Origin: Vulcanimicrobiota bacterium
GTDB lineage: Bacteria > Vulcanimicrobiota > Vulcanimicrobiia > Vulcanimicrobiales > Vulcanimicrobiaceae
Length of the DNA: 64,000 nt
Assembly (NCBI GenBank): GCA_963812155.1
Contig: CAWETW010000003.1
Coordinates: forward strand, 1 to 64,000
Direction of reading: 5' to 3'
In this document: positions 39,823 through 49,048 of the stretch, one piece after another
Layout of the letters: each line of letters opens with the position of its first letter
Position numbering within the stretch: the stretch's first letter is position 1
Notes under the pieces: generated by a model
Told to the model about the DNA's origin: nothing
Seen by the model: only the letters and a program-made list of their open reading frames with translations
Database searches by the model: none
Position numbers and translations under genes: made by a program

Positions 39823-40715
39823 CCGCGGTCATCGCGGTCGTGATCGCCACCAAGGACCGCGCCGGGTTCCTCGAGCGCGCGCTCGATTCGCTCGCGTCGC
39901 AAACGCTGGCGGCGCCGTTCGAAACGGTCGTTGCCGACAACGGTTCCAGCGACGCGACGCGCGAAATCGTCGCGCGCTTCGCGGAGCGTGCGCCGTTCGC
40001 GGTCGAGTACGTCTACGAAGCCGTGCCCAATCGCGGCCGCGCGCGCAACCGGGCCGTTGCCGCGGCAAGCGCCGGACTCATCGCCTTCTGCGACGACGAC
40101 GTGAAGGCACCGCCGGGGTGGCTCGCCGCACACGTCGCCGCGCACGCCGGCGGCGCGTCGCGCATCGTCAACGGACCGATTCTCAACGTGCCCTCGTACG
40201 ATAGCGAACCGAAGGCGACGGCGGCAAACTTTTCGCGAGCGTCGCTCTGCACGTGCAACGCGTCGCTTCCCCGCGCGGCGTTCGAGTCGGTCGGCGGATT
40301 CGACGAATCGTTCGATCTCTACGGGTGGGAGGACAGCGAACTGGGCGTGCGGCTGCGCGAGGCCGGCGTCGGCTGGAGGTTCGCCTGGGATGCCGCCATC
40401 TGGCACGTCAAACCGCCCGGCTACGATACGCTCGAGGCACAGACGGGCAAAGCAATCGAAAAGGCGCGCATGGCGCGCCGGTTTCTCGAAAAGCACCCGT
40501 CGCGTCGCGCGAGAATGGCCACCGGCGCGCACGCGCTCAACCTGCTGCGCGCGCGTCTGCTGCCCGAATGGCTGCCCGCAACGCTTGCGGGCATCGCCGG
40601 CGACGCTCGAACGCCGTCGTGGCTGAAAGCGATCGCGCGCGCGCAGTTTCTCGACGCGATCTACTCGCGGGAATTGATTCGGACGCTCGACGGGAACGCG
40701 CGGCGCGCTCCGTGA
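39819..40715 (+). CDS. GT2 family glycosyltransferase
   Basis: VIATKDR, DNGSSD, RARN, FCDDD, GGFDESF..YGWEDSELG. Confidence 0.9.
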   Translation: MTAVIAVVIATKDRAGFLERALDSLASQTLAAPFETVVADNGSSDATREIVARFAERAPFAVEYVYEAVPNRGRARNRAVAAASAGLIAFCDDDVKAPPGWLAAHVAAHAGGASRIVNGPILNVPSYDSEPKATAANFSRASLCTCNASLPRAAFESVGGFDESFDLYGWEDSELGVRLREAGVGWRFAWDAAIWHVKPPGYDTLEAQTGKAIEKARMARRFLEKHPSRRARMATGAHALNLLRARLLPEWLPATLAGIAGDARTPSWLKAIARAQFLDAIYSRELIRTLDGNARRAP

Positions 40716-41713
40716 GCCGCGCGCTGCTCTACTGTGCCGGCGGCGGCATCGGCGATTCGCTGGTCGCGTCGATCGTCGGACGCGCACTCAAACAGCGGTA
40801 TCAGCGCGTCGACGCGCTCACCCTTCCGGGTCATCGCGAAACCCTCGAGCGCGTGCCGGATATCGACGCTGTACTGACCGACGCGGGCGGCGACGAACGC
40901 ACGCTCGCGGAAGAACTCGCCGGACGTTCATACGATGCGTGCGTGGTGACGTGGGCGACGGCGCGCACGGCCCGCATCCCCCAACTGGCGCGCATTCCGG
41001 TGCGCGTAGGGCAGGCGCGCCGGCTCTATTCGCACCGCTTCACCAATCGCGTCGCGGTGCGCAGCGAAACCGGCGACGTGACGTCGCACTGGTCGGATAT
41101 TTTGCTCGATTATGCCCGCGCTCTCGGATGCGATACCGAAGGCGGCTACCGGTTCGTTCCGACCGAGGCCGACGAACGGGCGGCCGCCGCCGCTGCCGCG
41201 TCGCTGCGGTCCAACGGCGATCGCGGCTTCGTCATCCTCAACCCCTGCAACGCGATTGCGTCGCGCGGCTTCTGGCCGGTCGAGGGATGGGCGTCGCTCG
41301 GGCAAGCGCTTTACCGGCGTTTCGGCCTTCCGCTGGTCGTCAGCGGCGGTCCCGCAGACGTACCCGTCGCGGAGCGGCTCGTTTCCGAAATCGCCAGCGC
41401 AACGCCGGTCGCGTCGATTGCGGGAACCCTCGGCATCGGCGCGTTCGGCGCGCTCGCGCGCCGCGCGCGTTTGTTCGCCGGCATCACGACCGGATCGATG
41501 CACGTGACCGCAGCCGTCGGTTGCCCCACCGTCGGAATTTTTCCGTTTCAAAGCGACTTTCCCGAACGGTGGGCGCCGCTCGGTCCGCGCACCGCGGTGG
41601 TGCGCCCCTCGTACCCCTGTCATCGCGGCGACACGAAAGAGCGCTGCCCGGACTACGCGTGCGTCGCGAATCTCGACGTCGCGCGAATCCTCGCGGCCGC
41701 GGAGAGCGTTTAG
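40712..41713 (+). CDS. GT9 family (heptosyltransferase-like) glycosyltransferase
   Basis: GGIGD, RVG, WP..GW, TTGSMHVTAAVG, WAP. Confidence 0.88.
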   Translation: MSRALLYCAGGGIGDSLVASIVGRALKQRYQRVDALTLPGHRETLERVPDIDAVLTDAGGDERTLAEELAGRSYDACVVTWATARTARIPQLARIPVRVGQARRLYSHRFTNRVAVRSETGDVTSHWSDILLDYARALGCDTEGGYRFVPTEADERAAAAAAASLRSNGDRGFVILNPCNAIASRGFWPVEGWASLGQALYRRFGLPLVVSGGPADVPVAERLVSEIASATPVASIAGTLGIGAFGALARRARLFAGITTGSMHVTAAVGCPTVGIFPFQSDFPERWAPLGPRTAVVRPSYPCHRGDTKERCPDYACVANLDVARILAAAESV

Positions 41714-41719
41714 ACAATC

Positions 41720-42613
41720 GTGCGCGCGACGATTCAACTCTGCACCTACAACCGCGCCGCGCTGCTCGAGCGCGTGCTCGATGCATGCTTCGAACAAACG
41801 GTCCCGCCGGATGCGTACGAAGTCGTGCTGGTCGACGACGGGTCGTCCGACGCCACGCCGGCCGTCATCGAGCGCGCGCGAGCGCGCGCAGCATGCCGGT
41901 TCACGGCCGTACGGCAGTCGAACGCGGGCCTGGCGAAAGGGCGCAACGTGGGGATCGCGCGAGCGTCGGGCGAGCGCATCGCGTTCATTGACGACGACGT
42001 GCTCGTGCTGCCGAACTTCGTCGAAGAGCATCTGCGTTCGCACGCAGCGCATCCGGACGCGATCGTTCGCGGCGGCGCGATCGAAGTCGAGAGTTTCGAC
42101 GTGCTGCCCCCGCCGGTGTGGAGCATTCGAAACTACAGCGGCAACTATTTTTGGACGACGAACGTTTCGGTGCCGCTGGCGACCGTGCGCGCAGCCGGCG
42201 GATTCGACGAGTCTTTTTCGGAGTACGGCTGGGAGGACATCGAACTCGGCTTGCGCCTGCGTCGTGCCGGCGTCAAAGCCGCGTTCAATCCAAAGGCGCT
42301 TGCCTACCATTTCAAGCCGCGCCCGCGCAGCGGCAGCGTCGCCGCGATGCTCCGGCAAGCCGGCGCGCAGGCGCGCACGGCGGCACAGCTTGCGCGACTG
42401 CATCCGGTATGGCGAACCTACCTCGCGACCGGAATCAACCCGGTGCAGCTGCGTTGGCACCGCGCGGCGCGCCGGTTTGCGCTCGCCGGCCGTTTGCGCG
42501 CGCGGCTCGGCGACCTCTCCGCCGATCGTGCGCTGAGCGACCGCGAGCTGCGCGCGGCGCGCGCGCTGGCGGCGGAAACGTACTTCGAGGAACTCGAACG
42601 GGCGCTGCAGTGA
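41720..42613 (+). CDS. GT2 family glycosyltransferase
   Basis: CTYNR, VDDGSSD, FIDDD, GGFDESFSEYGWEDIELG. Confidence 0.9.
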   Translation: MRATIQLCTYNRAALLERVLDACFEQTVPPDAYEVVLVDDGSSDATPAVIERARARAACRFTAVRQSNAGLAKGRNVGIARASGERIAFIDDDVLVLPNFVEEHLRSHAAHPDAIVRGGAIEVESFDVLPPPVWSIRNYSGNYFWTTNVSVPLATVRAAGGFDESFSEYGWEDIELGLRLRRAGVKAAFNPKALAYHFKPRPRSGSVAAMLRQAGAQARTAAQLARLHPVWRTYLATGINPVQLRWHRAARRFALAGRLRARLGDLSADRALSDRELRAARALAAETYFEELERALQ

Positions 42614-43587
42614 AGCGCATTCTGCTGTCGCGCACCGATCGAATCGGCGATTTGATCCTGTCGACCCCGGCGATTGCAACCGTGCGAGCGTCGTTTCCGC
42701 AAGCGCACGTCGCCATGGTCGTGAGCCCGTACAACGGCGTCGTCATGGAACGCAACGGCGACGTCGACGAACTGATCGTGCTTCCACGAGAAATCGAACC
42801 CAGCGCCTTCGGCCGCAGCCTGCGCGGCTACGACGCGGCAATCGCGCTGGCGCCTCGCGCCGTCGATCTCCGGCTGGTCGGCGCGACGCGCGCCCCCCTG
42901 CGCGTCGGCTACACCTACGAACGGCGCTGGCTGGCGCGTTTGACCGCGCCGCTGTACGTCAACCGGCTCATGATCTCCGAAGCGGATCCCGAACTCTGCG
43001 AGCGCCGCCCCGACCGGATCGTCCGCCACGAAGTCGTGCAGTTGCTCGACCTGGTGGCGCTGGCCGGTGCAACGCGGCGGATAGACCGGCTGCGCCTCGA
43101 CATTACCGACGCCGACCGGGACGTCGCGCGAGCGCTTCCGCCGAATCCCATCGTGCTTCACCTCGGACAGCGCTGGTTCCGCAACGGCAGCACGCTGCCC
43201 GCCACCCTTGCGATCGTTCGCCGGATCTCGAGCTATGCGCCGGTCGTCATCACCTGTGCGCGCGAATGCGAGGACGCGGCGCCGGCATTCGAAGCCGCCG
43301 GCGACGTTGTGCGGCTGCTGCGGGGCCTGCCCTTTCACCAATGGGCGGCGGTCTTCGAATGCGCGCGACTCGTCGTGACCGTCGACACCGGTGCGACACA
43401 TGTCGCAAGCGCCGTCCGAAGGCCCACCGTCGTCGCTTTCGAACACCGCTACTTCCGCCTGAACTCGCAGGAATGGGCGCCGTACGGCGTGCCGCACGTG
43501 CTCGTTCGCAAGCCGGCGAACGAAGACGCGGCGTCGCTGGCGACGTTTTGCGGCGAGATCGTCGGCGGCGTCGCTTCGCTCCTTTAA
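42610..43587 (+). CDS. GT9 family (heptosyltransferase-like) glycosyltransferase
   Basis: RTDRIGDLILSTP, RHE, VDTGATHVASA, WAP. Confidence 0.88.
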   Translation: MKRILLSRTDRIGDLILSTPAIATVRASFPQAHVAMVVSPYNGVVMERNGDVDELIVLPREIEPSAFGRSLRGYDAAIALAPRAVDLRLVGATRAPLRVGYTYERRWLARLTAPLYVNRLMISEADPELCERRPDRIVRHEVVQLLDLVALAGATRRIDRLRLDITDADRDVARALPPNPIVLHLGQRWFRNGSTLPATLAIVRRISSYAPVVITCARECEDAAPAFEAAGDVVRLLRGLPFHQWAAVFECARLVVTVDTGATHVASAVRRPTVVAFEHRYFRLNSQEWAPYGVPHVLVRKPANEDAASLATFCGEIVGGVASLL

Positions 43588-43593
43588 ATTTCT

Positions 43594-44502
43594 ATGCTCG
43601 ACGTTTCGATCGTCATTCCGACGTATAACCGTCTCGACACGCTGCAGCACGTCGTTCCGACGCTGCTCGCGCAGGACGTGCCGCACGACCGGTACGAGTT
43701 GCTGATTTGCGACTCGCGCTCGACCGACGGCACGGCCGAGTATCTCGCGCGCGTTACGGCCGAGCATCCCAACGTGCGGCATTTGCCGGGCGACTACTCG
43801 GGACGCGCGGCCGCCCGCAACGCCGGCATCGAAGCGTCCGGCGGCGAGATCGTGCTCTTCAACGATTCCGACATCCTCGCGTCGCCCGATTTGCTTTCGC
43901 AACACCTCCGGCGGCATCGGCAGCGCCGCGACATCGCGGTCGTCGGATTGGAGGTGCAGGTGAAGGATCTCGCCGATTACGAGCGCAAACGCGACCGGCC
44001 ACAGGAGCGCGGAAGCCTGCATCCGCCGTCGCGCGAACGTTTGTCGTGGCTCTATTTTCTCACGGGCAACGCCTCGGTGCGGCGAGCCGACCTCGTACGG
44101 GCCGGTGGATTCGACGAGAGTTTCACGGGCTACGGACACGAGGATCTCGAACTCGGTTATCGATTGCAGAAGGCCGGCATCGCAATCGTTTACGAACCCG
44201 CGGCCGTGAACTATCACTGTCAAGACGTCGGCCACGACGACCAAAAGGAGAAGATGAGGCTCGCAGGGCGTTCGACGGTACGTTTCTACCGTAAGCATCC
44301 CGACTTTGCCGTGAAGCTCAACCTCGGCATGACGCCGGTTTCGCTCGGCCTGCATGCGGCGTTGACGCGCATGCCGTCCGTGCTGGGGTTTTTCGATGCG
44401 CGCGCCGGCGCCTCGAAGTTCGCGCGCAACCTCATCGCGCAGTATTACTACGTGTCGGGCATCAAGGAAGCGCTTGCAATGCGCGACGACGGCCGTGGAT
44501 AG
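43594..44502 (+). CDS. GT2 family glycosyltransferase
   Basis: VIPTYNR, STDGT, ARNAG, FNDSD, GGFDESFTGYGHEDLELG. Confidence 0.9.
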   Translation: MLDVSIVIPTYNRLDTLQHVVPTLLAQDVPHDRYELLICDSRSTDGTAEYLARVTAEHPNVRHLPGDYSGRAAARNAGIEASGGEIVLFNDSDILASPDLLSQHLRRHRQRRDIAVVGLEVQVKDLADYERKRDRPQERGSLHPPSRERLSWLYFLTGNASVRRADLVRAGGFDESFTGYGHEDLELGYRLQKAGIAIVYEPAAVNYHCQDVGHDDQKEKMRLAGRSTVRFYRKHPDFAVKLNLGMTPVSLGLHAALTRMPSVLGFFDARAGASKFARNLIAQYYYVSGIKEALAMRDDGRG

Positions 44503-46264
44503 CGCGAGAACGGTTTGCGGCGCCCTGCGTGCCGCCGACGACGGCCGGCGAGTGGAATTGAACGGCTGGATCAACCGCCGGCGAGACCACGGCGGACTCA
44601 TCTTCGTCGATCTCCGCGACGCGAGCGGCCTCGCGCAAATCGTTTTCGACCCGGCGCAGGCAAGTTTTCGCGAGGCGGAACGTCTTCGTCACGAAGACGT
44701 CGTGCGGGTGACCGGTAACGTGCGGCGGCGGCCCGCCGGAACGGAGAATCCACGGCTGGGCACCGGCGACGTTGAGGTCGCGGTCGAAGAGCTCGAGATT
44801 CTCAACCGGTCGCAAGTTCCGCCGTTCCAAGTGAACGCCGACGATCCGGTCGACGAGAATCTGCGGCTCGAATACCGCTACCTCGACTTACGGCGCACTC
44901 GAATGCAGGAGAACTTGCGCGTGCGCCACCGGATCGTCAAGGCGATGCGCGACTTTTTCGACGCGCGCGGCTTCGTCGAAATCGAAACGCCGATGCTCAT
45001 CAAGTCGACCCCAGAAGGCGCTCGCGACTACTTGGTGCCGAGCCGCGTTCACGCCGGAACGTTTTACGCCCTTCCCCAGTCGCCGCAGATGCTCAAGCAG
45101 ATTTTGATGGTCTCAGGCTTCGGGCGTTACATGCAGATCGCGCGCTGCATGCGCGACGAAGATCAGCGCGCCGACCGGCAGCCCGAGTTCACGCAACTCG
45201 ACGTAGAGATGTCGTTTTGCTCGCAGGACGACGTGCTCGAAACGATGGAATCGTGCATGCGCACGGTGTGGCAGTCGGTGCTCGGCATCGATCTGCCGCC
45301 GTTCTCCCGGCTGACCCACGCGGAGGCGATCGCCAAGTACGGTCTCGACAAGCCGGATTTGCGCTTCGGTCTCGAACTCACCGACGCCGCCCCGATATTT
45401 GCGTCGACGCAGTTTGCGGTGTTTCGCGGCGCGCTCGACGCAGGAGGCGCGGTCGTCGCGCTGCGTTACCCGGGCGGAGCGTCGCTCTCGCGCCGAGACT
45501 TCGACGCTTTGACGGAGACGGCGAAAACCTACGGTGCGAAGGGCATGGTCTGGATCGCGCTGGGCGCCGACGGAGTGAAGTCGCCGGTTGCAAAGTTCTT
45601 GCAGGAGTCCGAACTCGACGCGCTGCGTAGGCTCGCATCCCTGGAATCGGGCGACGCCGTCCTGCTTTTCGCCGACGCGCGTCCGGAGCTTGCGTATGCG
45701 GTTGCCGGAAAGATGCGCAACGACGTCGGCGATCGCTGCGGATTGCGCGATCCGTCGCGTTACGCGTTCTGTTGGGTGACCGGCTTTCCGTATCTGGAGA
45801 TTGACGAAGCGACCGGGAAGCCGGCGCCCGCGCATCACCCGTTCACCGCGCCGGCGCCCGGCGAGTGGGAACTCATCGAGCGCGATCCGACCACGATGCG
45901 CGCGCAGCACTACGACATGGTGCTCGACGGATACGAGCTCGGATCGGGCTCGATCCGCATCCATCAGGCGCACTGGCAACGCAAAATCTTCGAGATGCTC
46001 GGATTGACGCCCGAACAAATCGAAGATCGGTTCGGGTTCTTCCTGCGCGCGCTCGACTACGGCGCGCCGCCGCACGGCGGCATGGCGCTCGGGATCGACC
46101 GCATCGTGATGCTCGCGTGCCGCGAAGAGAACATCCGCGACGTCATCGCGTTCCCGAAAAACCAAGTCGCACGCGACCTGATGATGGACGCGCCTTCTCC
46201 CGTGCCGGACGGTTTGTTGTCCGATCTGCACTTGCGCAGCACCGTTCCGAAGGGGCCCGGATGA
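44495..46264 (+). CDS. aspS: Aspartate--tRNA ligase (probably non-discriminating)
   Basis: RRRDHGGLIFVDLRD, RYLDLR, STPEGARDYLVPSR, LPQSPQ, RDEDQRADRQPEFTQLD, GAPPHGG. Confidence 0.97.
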   Translation: MDSARTVCGALRAADDGRRVELNGWINRRRDHGGLIFVDLRDASGLAQIVFDPAQASFREAERLRHEDVVRVTGNVRRRPAGTENPRLGTGDVEVAVEELEILNRSQVPPFQVNADDPVDENLRLEYRYLDLRRTRMQENLRVRHRIVKAMRDFFDARGFVEIETPMLIKSTPEGARDYLVPSRVHAGTFYALPQSPQMLKQILMVSGFGRYMQIARCMRDEDQRADRQPEFTQLDVEMSFCSQDDVLETMESCMRTVWQSVLGIDLPPFSRLTHAEAIAKYGLDKPDLRFGLELTDAAPIFASTQFAVFRGALDAGGAVVALRYPGGASLSRRDFDALTETAKTYGAKGMVWIALGADGVKSPVAKFLQESELDALRRLASLESGDAVLLFADARPELAYAVAGKMRNDVGDRCGLRDPSRYAFCWVTGFPYLEIDEATGKPAPAHHPFTAPAPGEWELIERDPTTMRAQHYDMVLDGYELGSGSIRIHQAHWQRKIFEMLGLTPEQIEDRFGFFLRALDYGAPPHGGMALGIDRIVMLACREENIRDVIAFPKNQVARDLMMDAPSPVPDGLLSDLHLRSTVPKGPG

Positions 46265-46660
46265 ACGCGGCCGTGCGGTTTTATCCGTGGCTCGCCCTCG
46301 CACTAGCCGTCGCTACGGCCGGCTGCGGCGGGCAACGTCACGCCGCCGCACTCTCCAAAGATCTTTCTGCCGTTGACTCCGTGCGAATCGCGCGAGATCA
46401 CGCTCGACGGCGCTGACGTGCTGCTGACGAGCAACGCCGACTCGTCGCTGGCATCGGTGCACGTCCGCAATGCCGCAAACGATGCGATCCGCCGCGACGT
46501 GTTGCGCGACGTCTACCGCACCTTCGGCGCCATCCACATCGACACCGAGACGATCGCCCGCTCGAACAAATGGGGCCTGACCACTTGGACCGACCGTTGC
46601 GGCCGGCCGATCACGTTTACCGTCCCGTCCCCGCACCCCACGTCATTCTCTTCTCCCTAG
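46261..46660 (+). CDS. Putative lipoprotein (one frameshift near 46370)
   Basis: MNAAVRFYPWLALALAVATAGC lipobox joins ORF 46373..46660. Confidence 0.6.
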
Positions 46661-46724
46661 GACGTCATCGCGAGTCCCTAGGACGTCCTCGTGCGCGCCT
46701 CGGACGTGAGGTGACTCCTAGCGT
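46654..46724. promoter_or_regulatory. Phased direct repeats CCT(A/C)GGACGT at 21-bp spacing
   Basis: TCCCTAGGACGTC at 46654 and 46675, CCTCGGACGT at 46698, partial CCTAGCGT at 46717. Confidence 0.5.
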
Positions 46725-46833
46725 GGCGGGTCGAGCGAAGCGCCCGGTGTCATCACCCGCCGTCGCGCGGAAAACCACGCGCGTTCAACGAAATCCGAGA
46801 GCGAGCAGGAAAGCGCCATTAAGGAAGGCAGGC

Positions 46834-48222
46834 ATGCGGACGCTCTTTCGAATCCTTCGCGCCGGCAGCACGATTGTCGCCCTCGCAGTAGGGGCAGGAT
46901 GTGCAGGCGGCGGCTCGGTTTCTCCAACGGTGCCTTTAGCGAACGCAATCGTGCAGAACGCGTCCGGCATCGTTCGCGGCCATACGGCCGGCAAGATTCA
47001 ACACGTCGTTATCATCATGCAGGAAAACCGCTCGTTCGATAACCTGATGCAAGGGTTTCCGGGCGCCGACACGCAGTCGTACGGTTACGACAGCAACGGC
47101 AACAAAGTTACGCTCAATCCGATTTCTCTGGCCACGTACTGGGATCTCGATCACAGCTCGGGTTCGTTCTTCACGGCTTGCCACGGTAAAGGGAAGTATC
47201 CGGGAACGTTATGCCGGATGGATGGCTTCAACAACGAGTGGGTGGGATGCGGGTACTCCAGCGATCCCTGTCCGTACAAGGAACCGCAATACGCCTACGT
47301 TCCCCACGACGAGTCGGCACCGTATTTTGCGATGGGCGAGAAATACGTCGTCGCCGATCGCATGTTCGCATCGCACTTCGATGCCAGCAGTTTCATCTCG
47401 CACCAATACATTATCGCCGGAGAGGCCGGGAATTCGGCGGTGGATTATCCTAGCGGAGCGTGGGGATGCGACGGCGGCCCGAGCGACACGATCCCGACGG
47501 TGAACCACAAGCGCCAAATCGGCGTCCCCTACCAGCGGGTCTGCTGGGACGACCAGACCATCGGCGACGAAGCCGACGCAGCCGGCGTTACGTGGGCGTT
47601 CTACGATGCCGGTTTCAGCGGCGACGGCGGTTTCTGGAACGCCTACGATGCAATCCGGCACATTCGCAACGGCCCCGACTGGAATAAAGACATGCGTACG
47701 CCGCAGACGCACATCTTTTCCGACTTGCAAAACGGCGATCTGCCGAACATTAGTTGGGTGATTCCGACGTGGGAGAACTCCGATCACGCCGGCAACAACT
47801 CCGACACCGGTCCATCGTGGGTTACGCAGGTCGTTAACGCGATCGGCCAGTCGAAATACTGGAAATCGACGGCGATCTTCATCCTCTGGGACGATTACGG
47901 CGGCTGGTACGACCACGTCGCGCCGCATAAAGTCGACTACCGCGGACTCGGCATGCGCCTGCCGCTCATCATTATCTCGCCATACGCCAAGAAAGCCTAC
48001 GTCTCACACGTTCCGTACGAGCACGGGAGCATCTTGCGCTTTATCGAGGATCAATTCGGACTGGGACAGTTGGCGGCCAGCGATAAGCGCGCCACGTCTC
48101 CCCAGGCCGATTGCTTCGACTTCAGCCAGAAGCCGCGCCCATTTACGCCGTTCCAATCTAAGTACGACCGGGCGTTTTTTCTGCACCAACCGCTCTCGCG
48201 TCACCCCGTCGACGACAAGTAA
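46834..48222 (+). CDS. Phosphoesterase / phospholipase C-like lipoprotein
   Basis: Lipobox VGAGC, HVVIIMQENRSFDN, SDH, WDDYGGWYDHV, GMRLPLIIISPYAK; RBS AAGGAAGG. Confidence 0.9.
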   Translation: MRTLFRILRAGSTIVALAVGAGCAGGGSVSPTVPLANAIVQNASGIVRGHTAGKIQHVVIIMQENRSFDNLMQGFPGADTQSYGYDSNGNKVTLNPISLATYWDLDHSSGSFFTACHGKGKYPGTLCRMDGFNNEWVGCGYSSDPCPYKEPQYAYVPHDESAPYFAMGEKYVVADRMFASHFDASSFISHQYIIAGEAGNSAVDYPSGAWGCDGGPSDTIPTVNHKRQIGVPYQRVCWDDQTIGDEADAAGVTWAFYDAGFSGDGGFWNAYDAIRHIRNGPDWNKDMRTPQTHIFSDLQNGDLPNISWVIPTWENSDHAGNNSDTGPSWVTQVVNAIGQSKYWKSTAIFILWDDYGGWYDHVAPHKVDYRGLGMRLPLIIISPYAKKAYVSHVPYEHGSILRFIEDQFGLGQLAASDKRATSPQADCFDFSQKPRPFTPFQSKYDRAFFLHQPLSRHPVDDK

Positions 48223-48240
48223 CCCTCCCTTCCGCAGCTG

Positions 48241-48286
48241 TGTCACCCTGGGCGGAGCGCGGCGGAGCCGCGCGCAATCGAAGGAC
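48241..48286. repeat. REP-like short palindromic element
   Basis: TGTCACCCTGGGCGGA-GCGCGGC-GGA-GCCGCGC-GCAATCGAAGGAC between convergent genes; perfect 7-bp stem with a GGA loop. Confidence 0.45.
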
Positions 48287-48975
48287 CGAGAATCTCTCGT
48301 GCGCGGGAAAAAACCGCATCGAACATCGGCTTCGTCGAGAACGCCCGTGTTGGTGTTTTGGCGGCTTGGGTGATACGAGGCAATCACGGTCAGCGTACGC
48401 GAGCCTCGTCTCGCCGTCGATTCGCCGCCGTGCGCGAACTGCGGGCGCTGCGGCTCGAGCTCCCAACCCGTTTCGCGAAGTGCCTTGAGAATTGCAGCGA
48501 AGCCGATCGACCCCAAACCGATCGCGACGCGCAAATCGCGCAGCGCTTCGAACTCTTCCACCAAATACGGGAAACAGTTGCGCAACTGCTGCGGCGTCGG
48601 CTTGTTTTTCGGCGGCGCGCAGCGCAGCGCCGCGGTGATGAAGCAATCGACGAGTTCGAGCCCGTCGTTTCGGTCGACCGCGTTCGCTTTCGTCGCAAAA
48701 CCAGCGCGATGCAGCGCGGGATAGAGAAAACCGCCGGACGCGTCACCGGTGAACGGACGCCCGGTGCGGTTGCTGCCGTGCGCCCCGGGCGCCAGCCCGA
48801 CGATTGCGACGCAGGCGCGGGCGCGGCCGAACGCCGGGACGGGCTTGCCCCAGTAGACGCAATCCGCGTGAGCCCGTTTTTTCTCGAGCGCAATGCCGGC
48901 GGTGTACGCGCGCAACTCCGGACAGCGCGTGCAGGCAACGACCGCGCTCTGCAGCGCCGCGAGCGACTTCTTCAC
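48243..48975 (-). CDS. Uracil-DNA glycosylase, family 5 (UdgB-like), frameshift near 48340
   Basis: CTRCPEL, YWGKPVP, GLAPGAHGSNRTGRPFTGD, RCAPPKNKP, YHPSRQNTNTG; corrected tail TKPMFDAVFSRAREILG...PG* ends at 48243. Confidence 0.9.
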
Positions 48976-49048
48976 GAAAATCGTTTGCTCTTGCGCCGCT
49001 CAAACTTCCTTTCGAGGATAACGGAAGCGTGGTATTCAATCCACCGTA

